A stretch of DNA of 64,000 nt from Giardia intestinalis. Its lineage: Eukaryota. A model generated the notes under the pieces. It made no database searches, had not been told where the DNA came from, and worked only from the letters and a program-made list of their open reading frames with translations. Position 1 is the stretch's first letter, and every line of letters starts with the position of its first letter. Below are positions 1 to 10,450 of the stretch, piece after piece. The stretch is taken from NCBI GenBank assembly GCA_000002435.2, contig CM018791.1. One strand, written 5' to 3'. The position numbers were made by a program, and so were the translations under genes.

Positions 1-96
1 TATACTATCCCGGCGACTCTCAACCCCAAATCGTATTGTCAGACACACAGATATGTATTTGTTCAGCTAGCCTCAAGTATAGGTGGGGAGGGGGAA

Positions 97-3000
97 ATGG
101 GCATTTATCAAATCGCATTTCTTTGTCACAGTAGCAGCGGTACATCAGTCAGGGTTGTGTTCACGAACATCTCGTGCCTCGAGCCCAAAGTAACGAGCAC
201 GTCTATTGTCATTCCGTTAGAGCTAAACCGTTGGACCACCCTTGCCGTGGACATGGACCAAGTTTTCCGCAATGCGTACAGAAATGCTATCTCATACAAG
301 GGGGTTCTTCAGTTTGAAGCCATGTCGTCCACCGTCATCAAGGGCGTCTATTTTTGCACCAAGCCTTTTACCCCCTATGACGTACCAGAAGTGATGCTGC
401 TTCCTCTTCCACTTGAGTTAGCATCAGGGAATTACAAGTCTCGTTTCCAATCTGATATTCCTCCCCTGTTGCAATTTTATGATTGGATTGCTGTCGGCTT
501 TGACAATGTAAAAGCAAACGATTTTCAAGCAAGCAATAACATTTACAAGAGCAACCTTTCCGGGCTGTGGCCAAAGCTTTGTACGCACGTTGATTTCTTC
601 GATCCGTCCAGAAATGTTGCCAAGCATCCCACCGGGATATCTGGGGAGGTGGTTGCTAGGGTAGAAATCGAAACAATGGGTCCACTACCCACTAAGCTAC
701 GTCCATCTTCTCGTAGGAACCGCGGGAGTACCTCCGCACAGCGAGGCACTGTATCCCTTCAGGATGCCGAAACCATTGATGCACGCATTAAGAGAACAAG
801 GGGCGTTCAGAGTGCGAAGTACAATACCAAATCAAGCACGACAACGCTAGTGACTGCCCAAGTGCCAGGCAACGTTTCTCGCCGGCTATCTGCACCTGTA
901 TCAGCAACTATCTCGTCAGAGAGTGAGAATGTGATGACAGTGCCAGTGCGCACAGCAAATATATCAGAGAAACGGAGTAAGAGAGAACTGGGGGCTGACC
1001 CTGTTACACAGAGACCTAAGTCATATGTCCAACCTACTAATCCTTTAACCGATGAGCCAGATATGTTCCTCCAGAAGGCGGATATTGAGATTCTTAACCA
1101 GGACGTTCCTGAGCTAAATGCTAGCACGCCAGAAAGCGGTGCAATCTTATCTATTTCAGACTCTCGACTCAGAAGTGACGGATGCTGCTCCGTGGAGACG
1201 CCCCTAACCGCAGCCATTTGTGCCCCAACAATTGCAATTACCCAGCCAGTCGCAGTGAAAAGTAAGGTCGATCTGCCAGTTCTCAACCCCTCTGATACCA
1301 CGCAGACATTGACAATAAACCAGCTCCTGGTGGACACTGGAGAAAGAGTTGACCAGGGGCTGCAAGATGGATTTGCAAAATTCAATGAAGGCATGACAGG
1401 TGTCAAGATACTAATAGACAAAATCTATTCACGGCAAAAGCAGATGCTTCGGCATATCAATACAGCAAATATGAGTAGCTTCCTTTTAATCAATAAGGTA
1501 CCGATGCGCTATCTTACACACATGTCTGCGCTTGAGCCTCAAATTACCATAGGGTTTCAATCAACGACTAGATTTATATATTCATTTCCCCACAAATCCC
1601 TGCTCTCTGATCCCCTATCGTGTCACAATGTGGCACGGGGGCTTCTGGATGATGCTACCGATGAGCAGTGTGAGGAGGCTGCGTGCCGGGTCCTCAATGC
1701 CACGTTTAACATGCGCCTTTTTGATTTGATGGAGAGAGCATGTTATCAACCTCCAGTCTGTGATAGTCCTGATGGTGTATCTTTCGCTAGGTCAAAAAAG
1801 GCTTCTAGACCATCCTCTACAAAGTCTCCGGCTAAGTCAGCACCCACTGAGGCCGCTACTGTGCCTGTCCTGGAGCAAGCCAATCAACTTGTTAATGAGA
1901 TATGCCGCCGAACCCTGGCTGCACAAGGGCTCACACCCACGAAGGTGTTTCCCCAGAGGCAAGTTATCCAGGATATTAACCGTGCCTCCATGATTGGGCA
2001 GTCAAAGAGGCGCCTCTACGATGAGAGTGCTGCCAAGATGGAACAACAGTATTCCAGGAAAAAGGTACGTGTGGCCGAACCTCTAACGTTAGCGTTGCAT
2101 CCGTCATCTGGCATCCAACCTGTGTACACAGGCTATCCTCTTGTTCTGTGCTTCCTGAGTGCCAATTATGTAGTTGCACTTCTATCCTTTTATGAATATA
2201 TAGTATCACATGATGGTAGCTATGCGGTGTCCCCGCTCAGGGCGCAATTCTCACTGAGCCATGACTACTGCATCCTCTGTCTCACGTCTATGCTTTTGCA
2301 GGATAAGCACAAGGAGCACACACTTGCACTTCTCCAGATAGATGACGACTCTCTTTCGAATACCTGTACAGAGTCCACCGATCCTGACCACGGTACTCCG
2401 TCCACAGAATGCCTCCACCAGATAGGATATAAGAGCATTCATCAGCAAGTCGGGCTCTACAAGCCCAAGAACTCAACTGAACCATTTACCTATGCACGGT
2501 ATAAGCAGTATAACGGGGATCTGAGCAATCAGACTTCACTAGGTCAAGCAGAGATCCAGGATATTATTGATACCTTGAGCTCTAGTCAGACTGCCGGAGA
2601 GATGAGTGACAAGCAGAGACATGAGTCCACAAAAGTTCTTCTCATTGCCTCTGCAAAGTATTCGCCTTTCGTAGCTGTGTTCTTCGGTACGTACTTGGCA
2701 CTCTTCGAAGTTATGCCCCTTAGTCTTTGCGCACGGCTCAAAGGGCTATTATTCTATAACAGCAACTCCGCCTTTCCACACATTATCCAGGCCGCGTCCT
2801 TTAGCGACGACTCAACCAAGCTGGTCATCGCTGGGTGCAACAGTTCACTGACTTCGGTAGTAACGGCCGTTATAGATCTAACTGATGCCATTGACCTATC
2901 CAACGAATTTATACTTCTATCCGGCATGGCAGTAGGTGATCAATTACAAGCTTCGCCGACCCTTGAACCAGTCATCCAGGTCCTGTTCCATCCAGGGTCA

Positions 3001-6000
3001 AACGACCAGTTCGTGACCCTGTCTGCCACACAATTCAGGGGATGGAGGATTAAATATATTCATGGAGCAGGGTATATTAAGTCTGTTGCAGTGGATATAT
3101 GTAACAAGGAGGTACAATCTAACCTAACCCACAATATCAAGAAGTATGTGTTGGGATACATCTCTGAGAATATCATGCAGCCTGAGAAGGCAAACAAGCG
3201 CTTTCTGTCTGTGCTTTTCAGGCTTATCAAGCGTTTTTCCAGGCTTCTGTTCACTGACATATGCTTTAGCGGACCAAATCGGGTTCAAATAGCAACTGCA
3301 TGTGGCGTGATACTTATCTTTAACTTTACTGAGATACTTCGGGACTCAAGCAAGATTATGCTTTTGCTTCCTAGTAACACACCAGACTACCGTCCTCTGG
3401 CTGCATGCGCCCTCTCAGTTAACCGGGTGCCGGAGCCACTGTTGGACTCCTCCATAAACAACTATATTATCTTCAGCAGCACCGATGGAATCGTTCGAAG
3501 CTGGACGAATAACTTTGAAACGTTGATTATGCAATCTCGCTTTAAAGCCCCAGTTGTCTATCTTCGCGAGGTCATACTTTCTGGGACAAGCCGCATGGAA
3601 GTAATCTCTCCGCCAGTGTATCAATCGGATTATGCTTCGAAGCAACCAAACGGTCCCCTGGGAATAATTGGGGACAGTAAGTTGGGTGGATTTTCCGGCA
3701 TTAGCAAATCGTCCTTTTATGATGATGATGCCATAAAGCACACTGTTGTCTATAGCACTATACCTCCAAATATTTCCAATCTTTCGTCTACCAGACCACG
3801 AGCCACTGATTTGTCTAGACTAGCTCCGCCAGTATATAATACATCTCCTCAGGAACCCCAGAACATCGATGCCCATCTTGCAAACAACATGTATTATATA
3901 AAAAGAGGCCCATTTATGTTACGGCAAGGGTCCTCTCTTATTCCAGATCAGCAATCAGACCAATCGACCATGGATCAGACAGCGACCATGGTGGCCCAGG
4001 ACCTCATTGGACAATTGAGCTACATAAACATGCTAGGCCAAAGAAGTAGGATGCGGCAAAGCATCACTCATGGAGAAAGCACTGGGTCTCAATATCCCTC
4101 TGTGTCTATTGATACCATTTTCTTTGACAGTGCCAGTGATACAAGTGACACTGGATCTAAGCAGCATGAAGTGGTCAACAATGGATTCCGACCCATTAAC
4201 AATGCCACGCAGAAAGACCCTGTTCTGAGCACTCTGCGAATGCACCACAACCACGGTGGCAGCTGCGCGGACTCAAAGACCCTAACTTCTCGCGAGACAG
4301 CAGATTCACTCAATAGGCAATTTAGGAACCTATTAACAACACATCTAAAAGGCAGCACCCAGCGCTTGGTATTTAATAATATAGGACTATCGTTACCTAG
4401 CGTGCCTACTCCAAGCATGAAAATGTTGCAGACTTTACAGGCTCCAACGTCCTCTGGAACATTTATGAGTGTCTGCCTCAACGGAGATGTGGGTCTATTA
4501 TCTGTTGGGGACAGCAAAGGGCCAGTTTACAACACAGTTCTCTGCACACAGTATAAGAACGTCATAGACGCCAGGATTGATCCAAAACACAACGAGGGAG
4601 TCGCTCTCACAAACAATGTGATCAACATTTTCAACTTAACCACGGGGCTGAGGTCAGTATACTTCAAAGTGGCAGATTCGGAGCCAGATACCAGCATGCT
4701 GATCAGCACATACAGCCCCCCTCTGGGAAAGTGCTGCTATCATCCAACTTCCTATGTGATAGCAGTCATGACAAATACCCTGAACTGCCTGCTCCTTGAT
4801 GTTTCTAACCAGACAGTCATCTATAATTGTAACCTCCGCAGCTTCCTGCGAGAAGCTTCAAAATTAGCCGCAGAGCGTTCTGCCAACGCAGAGCTAGAGA
4901 TGATAGCAGTCAATACAACCTACATGCAGTCCATGCACGTTGATGCCTCTATTTATGAGCAGGAGCTGAGCACGCAAGGAGAGTCTGAGCGGGAGGAGCT
5001 CGACTCGTGGATTGGCGAGACGAGTGAGACAATTACTTTTGACAACGATATCATATCTACGTCTAGAGGCGGGCATACAGAGAGCGCTGCCTCTGGGTCA
5101 CATGCTGCAGTCAATAATCGATCTAAGTCCATGCGGTCTGCTTCTGCACGCCAAGCAACTGCCCAGCAGGCTTACTCGGACATATTATCCAGGCAACCCC
5201 AGTCTGTCAAAGTGACTACGGGGTCAAAAAAGCAAGTCGAGGCGGCACTCTATTACATCGCAGAAAGCTACACGAAGATGCTTGTTACCGGTGAGTTAGC
5301 AAGGCCTTTGGAGACTAACCACAATATAATCTTTACTCCCTCCGGTTCTCACCTGCTCTTGTACATAGATAACTACCTATTTTCTATATGCACAAACGGC
5401 TACGCAGAGCTACGGTTGGTGTACATAAGTAACTTTCCAATCAAGCAGGTGGTAGTAGGTGTTAGCGGAGGGTCGTCTAGAAGATCTAGAGAAGTGTTGG
5501 CAATGATTAACTTGCGAAACGAGGTGTCGATCTTCTCAGTTGAAGGTCTGCTCCTCAATTCCAAGCCAAAAATGCTAAGAATAACTCGGTATCCACAATT
5601 AGCACATGCCTATGCATTTCAAAACATGGGCATTCCGTCTGACCGCTATCGATTCGATGACCTGGTACCTTTAATCAAAACACCTGTTCTGATAACCATT
5701 AATGCCATTACAGAGTCGCTTATTGTCCTTGTGGTAGACAGCATCGAAGTCCAAGAGCCTAGCAACATTACTGCTGATGAGAAAGTTATCAGGGACGCAA
5801 ACCGAGCAGGATATAGCATAGCTAAGGGGCAAAGTAGGAATTATGTGGCTGTGTACTCCATCCAGTCATATAGCTTCTCGACTGGCGAAATGGAGTACGA
5901 GATTCCCGTGCACATAGAGTCTGGCAACATCGGGGAGTACATCCCTATTTTCATAGCAAGCTCTCAATTGTCAGGGGCTATCGCCCTCTTCTTCCGAGGC

Positions 6001-6441
6001 TCCAATCGAACCAAGATGATCTCTATCCCCTTAAGTATAGTAGCAGAGGTAGAGATGGAGTTCAGTAAGATTCTTAATAAGCTCACACTGGGAGAGCAGG
6101 TGCAGGTTGATGCATACACAGATATGTCGCGTATTCGATGTAGCATACTAGAGTATCCGATTTATACGGTGGACCACGACTCCAGGTTAGATCGTTTTCT
6201 TGTAACAGGACGAGGTATGCAATCTGTAACTGTCTATACATGGAACACAGGGGAGTATGTGGAGTTCAGCTCCCTTTCGCAATGCATCGAACACGAAGAG
6301 GGATACGACGAAATGGTTAAGAGCTACTTGATAGACCAGCAGGTCAAGAGGGGCATGTCCTTTAATGACCAAAGGTCTAGTGTTGCACAGAGTGCAGCAT
6401 ACACAGACAAAGAAGCAGTTATCTTGACAATTAATACATAA
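97..6441 (+). CDS. Large hypothetical protein (2114 aa) with an N-terminal DUF667/CFAP20-like segment; candidate WDR90/POC16-type basal-body/axoneme protein
   Basis: Complete ORF. There is an in-frame TAG at 67-69 and the first ATG is at 97. Residues 1-17 (MGIYQIAFLCHSSSGTS) and about 18-115 align by eye to the N-terminus and the C-terminal half of CFAP20/DUF667. Matching segments are W..L.VD.DQVFRNAY versus W..IQFNLLDFTRRAYG, IKGVYF versus IRRVYF, and DVPEVMLLPLP versus ELPAEFKLYLP. The remainder is long and non-repetitive and could hold divergent beta-propeller repeats. The ORF call is solid; the product call is tentative. Confidence 0.55.
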   Translation: MGIYQIAFLCHSSSGTSVRVVFTNISCLEPKVTSTSIVIPLELNRWTTLAVDMDQVFRNAYRNAISYKGVLQFEAMSSTVIKGVYFCTKPFTPYDVPEVMLLPLPLELASGNYKSRFQSDIPPLLQFYDWIAVGFDNVKANDFQASNNIYKSNLSGLWPKLCTHVDFFDPSRNVAKHPTGISGEVVARVEIETMGPLPTKLRPSSRRNRGSTSAQRGTVSLQDAETIDARIKRTRGVQSAKYNTKSSTTTLVTAQVPGNVSRRLSAPVSATISSESENVMTVPVRTANISEKRSKRELGADPVTQRPKSYVQPTNPLTDEPDMFLQKADIEILNQDVPELNASTPESGAILSISDSRLRSDGCCSVETPLTAAICAPTIAITQPVAVKSKVDLPVLNPSDTTQTLTINQLLVDTGERVDQGLQDGFAKFNEGMTGVKILIDKIYSRQKQMLRHINTANMSSFLLINKVPMRYLTHMSALEPQITIGFQSTTRFIYSFPHKSLLSDPLSCHNVARGLLDDATDEQCEEAACRVLNATFNMRLFDLMERACYQPPVCDSPDGVSFARSKKASRPSSTKSPAKSAPTEAATVPVLEQANQLVNEICRRTLAAQGLTPTKVFPQRQVIQDINRASMIGQSKRRLYDESAAKMEQQYSRKKVRVAEPLTLALHPSSGIQPVYTGYPLVLCFLSANYVVALLSFYEYIVSHDGSYAVSPLRAQFSLSHDYCILCLTSMLLQDKHKEHTLALLQIDDDSLSNTCTESTDPDHGTPSTECLHQIGYKSIHQQVGLYKPKNSTEPFTYARYKQYNGDLSNQTSLGQAEIQDIIDTLSSSQTAGEMSDKQRHESTKVLLIASAKYSPFVAVFFGTYLALFEVMPLSLCARLKGLLFYNSNSAFPHIIQAASFSDDSTKLVIAGCNSSLTSVVTAVIDLTDAIDLSNEFILLSGMAVGDQLQASPTLEPVIQVLFHPGSNDQFVTLSATQFRGWRIKYIHGAGYIKSVAVDICNKEVQSNLTHNIKKYVLGYISENIMQPEKANKRFLSVLFRLIKRFSRLLFTDICFSGPNRVQIATACGVILIFNFTEILRDSSKIMLLLPSNTPDYRPLAACALSVNRVPEPLLDSSINNYIIFSSTDGIVRSWTNNFETLIMQSRFKAPVVYLREVILSGTSRMEVISPPVYQSDYASKQPNGPLGIIGDSKLGGFSGISKSSFYDDDAIKHTVVYSTIPPNISNLSSTRPRATDLSRLAPPVYNTSPQEPQNIDAHLANNMYYIKRGPFMLRQGSSLIPDQQSDQSTMDQTATMVAQDLIGQLSYINMLGQRSRMRQSITHGESTGSQYPSVSIDTIFFDSASDTSDTGSKQHEVVNNGFRPINNATQKDPVLSTLRMHHNHGGSCADSKTLTSRETADSLNRQFRNLLTTHLKGSTQRLVFNNIGLSLPSVPTPSMKMLQTLQAPTSSGTFMSVCLNGDVGLLSVGDSKGPVYNTVLCTQYKNVIDARIDPKHNEGVALTNNVINIFNLTTGLRSVYFKVADSEPDTSMLISTYSPPLGKCCYHPTSYVIAVMTNTLNCLLLDVSNQTVIYNCNLRSFLREASKLAAERSANAELEMIAVNTTYMQSMHVDASIYEQELSTQGESEREELDSWIGETSETITFDNDIISTSRGGHTESAASGSHAAVNNRSKSMRSASARQATAQQAYSDILSRQPQSVKVTTGSKKQVEAALYYIAESYTKMLVTGELARPLETNHNIIFTPSGSHLLLYIDNYLFSICTNGYAELRLVYISNFPIKQVVVGVSGGSSRRSREVLAMINLRNEVSIFSVEGLLLNSKPKMLRITRYPQLAHAYAFQNMGIPSDRYRFDDLVPLIKTPVLITINAITESLIVLVVDSIEVQEPSNITADEKVIRDANRAGYSIAKGQSRNYVAVYSIQSYSFSTGEMEYEIPVHIESGNIGEYIPIFIASSQLSGAIALFFRGSNRTKMISIPLSIVAEVEMEFSKILNKLTLGEQVQVDAYTDMSRIRCSILEYPIYTVDHDSRLDRFLVTGRGMQSVTVYTWNTGEYVEFSSLSQCIEHEEGYDEMVKSYLIDQQVKRGMSFNDQRSSVAQSAAYTDKEAVILTINT

Positions 6442-6444
6442 AGA

Positions 6445-8931
6445 CTACCAAGGCTCCCACCTGTGGAGGAAGAAAACCACGTTCGTATATCCATTAAGCC
6501 GCGCATAATCGCTTGCTCTACGGCCCATGGCGTCTTTCATCCCAGCCTCTTTTCCAATCATCAGTCGGACTAGCTCACTGTTTCCACAGCCGGCTGCTAT
6601 CATAAGCGCCGTTCTGCCTCTGTGATCCTGCATCTGTGCTTCTGCTTCATGCAAAATTCCTGCACACTCATAGTATCCCCGTGATACAGCCATCATCAGA
6701 GCGGTAGTTCCTTTCAATGTTGTCTGTCTAGAACCGTGCGGAGCAAGGATCCTTACCATGTTTCTATCATTCCTTAAGGTCATGTACATCAGTGGGGTGA
6801 TACCCGTACTGTCTGCAATATGCCCTTCAAACGGAGAGAGAAAGGCCATAATCTCTGGGTAGTAGTATCGCGTCGCTAGCATCAAAGCTGTCTCTCCCGT
6901 CCTATTCTGCATAGCTGCCTCCTTCTTCGCTAACAATCTGACAATCGAAAAGTTCCCGTGCTGGGCGGCATACATCAGAGCTGTGTACTTGCAGGAATCC
7001 TGGTATCCTGCCTCGTATGGAGCCAGGAATCGCGCGGCAAAAAGCTTATTCTTCCGAGCGGCAACCATAAGTGCTGATTCTCCCGCAGGATTGAGCCTGC
7101 CTGCTTCTAGTGGCGCCAGCACACGAACCAGCGAGGGGTTGTTAACACGTACTGCATACATCAGGGCAGTGTCTCCATGATAATGGCCATAGTCTTTTTC
7201 CTTCTTACCCAGCTTTCTAACCTGTAAAATATTTCCTGTTATTAGCGCCTTAATGTACTTCTTACTATAGCTCTTTGCTCGGTACTCGTTCAAAGGGACG
7301 CTTTTCCGCTTAGAAACAGAGGTCCAAACACTTGGAGGTCTAGAGCATGACTGTGCGCTGAACGTCAAGGCGCCGGGTGGCCCTTCTACTTCCTGCTCTT
7401 CATCTGGGTAACACAGAGATGGTAATATGCCATACTTAGTAAGACCTCTTTCATGAGCGTCTTCTTTGTGGCCGCTCTCAGTAACATCGTGCGACGGGGC
7501 GTCCATTGTGCTAAAGGAAATAGATATATCCTCCTTTTTCCTTATCATCTTGTGATGTCTTTGGGGCTTTTGTCTTTTTCTCTTAGCAGAATACTGTGTT
7601 CTAGACCCTGACAATCTCTGAGTAGGCCATGAAGGCGCTTGTCTGTTTGAAGCAACTCTTGACGCAGGACCCTTTCTTTTTGTCGAACTAAGTTTATGAC
7701 ATCGCCTACGTGGATTAAAAAGGGCTTTGACACGCCTGTAGGTCAGTGCCTTTGATTTTTGAGCCTTTTGTATTAGTTTGGACTTCTTTCCCCCGGGTGC
7801 TTTACCTTGCAAGCGACGAAGATAATTAAACTCGTGCCCATATACAGGGGAGGTGCTGCTCGAGCGCTCTGCCATGGAAGAAAACAGGATTTGATCTGCA
7901 GTGTTCGAGCTGCCATTCCCTGATTCATCAAGAGAACTGTGAGAGTCGGAGCTTTTCTCTGAGAGCAGAGAAGCCGACTCTACAGAAATAGATTTCCAGT
8001 TGGGGTCGTTCAAAGCAGAAACGGCAGGATCAGATTGCTGTATTAGAGTAAGGTCGCATAAATCTGTCAGTTCAGCGGATGGATTAGGAACCTTAGCTGA
8101 TAGGTTCGAATTAGCGAATATGGCAAAATGATTTGTAACTCCAAGGCGTTTGGCTAAGAGAGCAGCAGTATCGCCTTGGTTATCTCGTATATCTTCTTCA
8201 AACTTAACTAGCACGCCTGCCGCATCTTGTGCAGTATACAAAATTGCATACATGAGAGCCGTTCTTCCATATTGATCTTTAGCACTTACCAGGGATTGTA
8301 GGGCTTCTGTAGACAGAAGCTTAATTAAGTGATCACCATAGCCACACTTTATAGCCTCCATCAACCCATTGCTTCCATAGTTATTGCACAGGCACACCTC
8401 TTCCAGCAACATCTCTATCACTTGGGAAGATCCGCCGAGAATAGCATAGATCAGCGCAGTGTCACCTGTATAGTCCCTCCGGCCCAGAAGCCTCGCCTTC
8501 AAATCCAGCACGAACTGCGGTCGTGAGTACCAAGCGGCTTTCATAAGCATGGTTGCTCCCTGTTCATCCAGTACATACTGTTCGTAGTGCAGTAGTATGT
8601 TAAAGAGGGCAGCATTCCCCATCTGGACAGCCCAATGGAGAGCACAATAGCCTCTGTTATCGATGACCCCAGCTTCAACAAAAACAAGCAAAGACGCAAC
8701 GTCGGCATTTCCACTTCTTGTTGCAATGATCAGGGCTGTCTCCCCAGCATCGTTACGTTTTCCAGCATCGTGGTTCAGCAGCAACTTAGCCAGGCCCTCA
8801 GATCCCATCCTGGCCGCAACCATCAGCCCTGTGTTCCCGTTAGCTGCTCGCCAATCATCATACAAGGGGAGGAGGGACTCTATCTTCTTGTAGTTCTTGC
8901 TGTAAATGGCATCAAACCAAGCTCTTTTCAT
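6445..8931 (-). CDS. Ankyrin-repeat protein of the Giardia 21.1 type (828 aa from the first ATG). Ankyrin block, then a basic/Ser-rich linker, then a second ankyrin block
   Basis: Repeated G-(E/N)-T-A-L-M-x-A-A-x-x-G...V..L...E units occur at both ends. The ORF-track start at 8982 is GTG (plus-strand cac at 8980-8982). The first in-frame ATG is at 8929-8931, preceded on the minus strand by the AT-rich tatttatttcaga. The stop TAG lies 3 bp from the stop of the convergent plus-strand gene. Confidence 0.6.
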   Translation of the reverse strand: MKRAWFDAIYSKNYKKIESLLPLYDDWRAANGNTGLMVAARMGSEGLAKLLLNHDAGKRNDAGETALIIATRSGNADVASLLVFVEAGVIDNRGYCALHWAVQMGNAALFNILLHYEQYVLDEQGATMLMKAAWYSRPQFVLDLKARLLGRRDYTGDTALIYAILGGSSQVIEMLLEEVCLCNNYGSNGLMEAIKCGYGDHLIKLLSTEALQSLVSAKDQYGRTALMYAILYTAQDAAGVLVKFEEDIRDNQGDTAALLAKRLGVTNHFAIFANSNLSAKVPNPSAELTDLCDLTLIQQSDPAVSALNDPNWKSISVESASLLSEKSSDSHSSLDESGNGSSNTADQILFSSMAERSSSTSPVYGHEFNYLRRLQGKAPGGKKSKLIQKAQKSKALTYRRVKALFNPRRRCHKLSSTKRKGPASRVASNRQAPSWPTQRLSGSRTQYSAKRKRQKPQRHHKMIRKKEDISISFSTMDAPSHDVTESGHKEDAHERGLTKYGILPSLCYPDEEQEVEGPPGALTFSAQSCSRPPSVWTSVSKRKSVPLNEYRAKSYSKKYIKALITGNILQVRKLGKKEKDYGHYHGDTALMYAVRVNNPSLVRVLAPLEAGRLNPAGESALMVAARKNKLFAARFLAPYEAGYQDSCKYTALMYAAQHGNFSIVRLLAKKEAAMQNRTGETALMLATRYYYPEIMAFLSPFEGHIADSTGITPLMYMTLRNDRNMVRILAPHGSRQTTLKGTTALMMAVSRGYYECAGILHEAEAQMQDHRGRTALMIAAGCGNSELVRLMIGKEAGMKDAMGRRASDYARLNGYTNVVFFLHRWEPW

Positions 8932-9073
8932 TCTGAAATAAATAGGGTCAGCGGTATGTGGAATCCAGGATGTGAGTGGCACTCTGTAAAGATTGACACG
9001 GCTTCTTGACAGAAGATAAACATTGACGGCGTTTAATTGTGTTAGTAATTTGAATTTAGGAGTATAAAATAAA
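8932..9073. promoter_or_regulatory. Bidirectional promoter/initiator region between the 828-aa ankyrin gene (-) and Fe-ADH (+)
   Basis: AT-rich elements abut both ATGs: aaaataaaATG on the plus strand and tatttatttcagaATG on the minus strand. Confidence 0.5.
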
Positions 9074-10297
9074 ATGGGAGATTTTTATGAAGAATTCGAC
9101 ATTTCTCATGTTGTTAGGCTGACACATGGGACGAAAAAGGGGCTCTATCTGGGCTACGGGGCCATTGCAAAGTTTGGAGAGGCCCTAGACGACCTTAAAC
9201 CATCCTGTCTGGGTTTTGTCACATCGCCGTCTGCCTACAAGAAATGTGGGCTCTGGGACACGATTGCCTCCGAACTGGAGAAGCGCGGCATCCCGTACTT
9301 GCACTACGACAAGATTATGACGAATCCTACCGTCGAGGCCTTGACGGAGGCTGTTGAGCTTTTTAGTCCGAAGTACGATCAGAACTTCGTAGTGTGCAGC
9401 ATTGGTGGAGGCTCTCCCGGAGATTCGGCCAAGTCGATTGCTGTGCTTCTCGAGCACAGAGACAAGACGGCCGTTGACCTTTACACGCACACGTTTGCCC
9501 CTGACCGCCGCTCTAAGCTTATCATGGTCAACATCACCCACGGGACTGGAACTGAGTGTGACATGTTTGCAGTGGCTTCTATCCTCACCGGGAACTCCCA
9601 CCCTTACAAGCCATGCATTGCCACATCGGTCATCTATCCTGATTACTCCTTTGATGATGTCAATGGGATGCTTTCTATGAACACCGACATGATCCGTTTC
9701 ACGACGATTGATGCTCTCAACCATGTAATGGAAGGCTCCACCACGACGATAGCTACGCCATACTCGTGCACCCTGGCACGAGAGGTTGTTTTCCTAGTCG
9801 CTCGCTATCTCCCCAGAGCCCTTGCCGATAAAGACGATAGGCGCGCCCGCTATTGGCTGACGTACGCTGCAGCCATAGCTGGTCTGTGCTTCGATGAAAG
9901 TTGCTTACATCTCACCCATGCTCTAGAGCATACGCTCTCAGCATATGTGCCAAACCTCATCCACGGGCAAGGTCTGGCACTCCTCCAGCCGGCGGTCCTC
10001 AAGCACATCTGGCCGAAGGTCTGTGGCTACCTGAACGACCTCTTTAGGCCGATCCTGGGGAACCTCAAAGGAACACCCGACGAAGCAGAACAGGCTTTCA
10101 GGCGCATGCGTGCCTTCCACAACAAGGTCGGCTTTTCGGGGACGCTGGCGGACATAGGGTTCTCCAAAGCAGACGTCGAAAAGCTTGTCGAGGCAACCTG
10201 GGCATGCCCGGGCATGGATGGGCTGATAGCTCTCTCGCCCGCTCCGTGTGAGAAGGCAGATGCTGCGCGCATTTTCTCCGAGTCCTTCTACAAGTGA
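9074..10297 (+). CDS. Iron-containing (group III) alcohol dehydrogenase, 407 aa
   Basis: GGGSPGDSAK NAD(P)-binding motif; HALEHTLSAY-type His cluster typical of Fe-ADH. ATG in AT-rich context (gtataaaataaaATGgga). AGTGAAC poly(A) signal 9 nt after the TGA stop. Confidence 0.8.
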   Translation: MGDFYEEFDISHVVRLTHGTKKGLYLGYGAIAKFGEALDDLKPSCLGFVTSPSAYKKCGLWDTIASELEKRGIPYLHYDKIMTNPTVEALTEAVELFSPKYDQNFVVCSIGGGSPGDSAKSIAVLLEHRDKTAVDLYTHTFAPDRRSKLIMVNITHGTGTECDMFAVASILTGNSHPYKPCIATSVIYPDYSFDDVNGMLSMNTDMIRFTTIDALNHVMEGSTTTIATPYSCTLAREVVFLVARYLPRALADKDDRRARYWLTYAAAIAGLCFDESCLHLTHALEHTLSAYVPNLIHGQGLALLQPAVLKHIWPKVCGYLNDLFRPILGNLKGTPDEAEQAFRRMRAFHNKVGFSGTLADIGFSKADVEKLVEATWACPGMDGLIALSPAPCEKADAARIFSESFYK

Positions 10298-10306
10298 GCA
10301 TTTTGG

Positions 10307-10313
10307 AGTGAAC
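10307..10313 (+). promoter_or_regulatory. Poly(A) signal AGTGAAC for Fe-ADH
   Basis: Matches the Giardia AGTRAAY consensus 9 nt downstream of the stop. Confidence 0.5.
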
Positions 10314-10450
10314 TGAGCATCTGCTGGTCCACCAATCGCTTCTCCTTTCCACTGTACAATGCAGGCTTCTGTCCTACAGGAGATACCCCGAGTTACCACC
10401 AAAGTCTGCCTGCAAAATTAGTCTAAAATTGTTGGGCTTGACTGTTACTA

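Noticed and set aside
807-1421. 204-aa minus-strand ORF inside the 2114-aa gene.
   Set aside because: Antisense to a long supported ORF, with low-complexity composition and no AT-rich start context.
9185-9724. 179-aa ORF antisense to Fe-ADH.
   Set aside because: Same codon-bias artefact. The Fe-ADH motifs on the plus strand are unambiguous.
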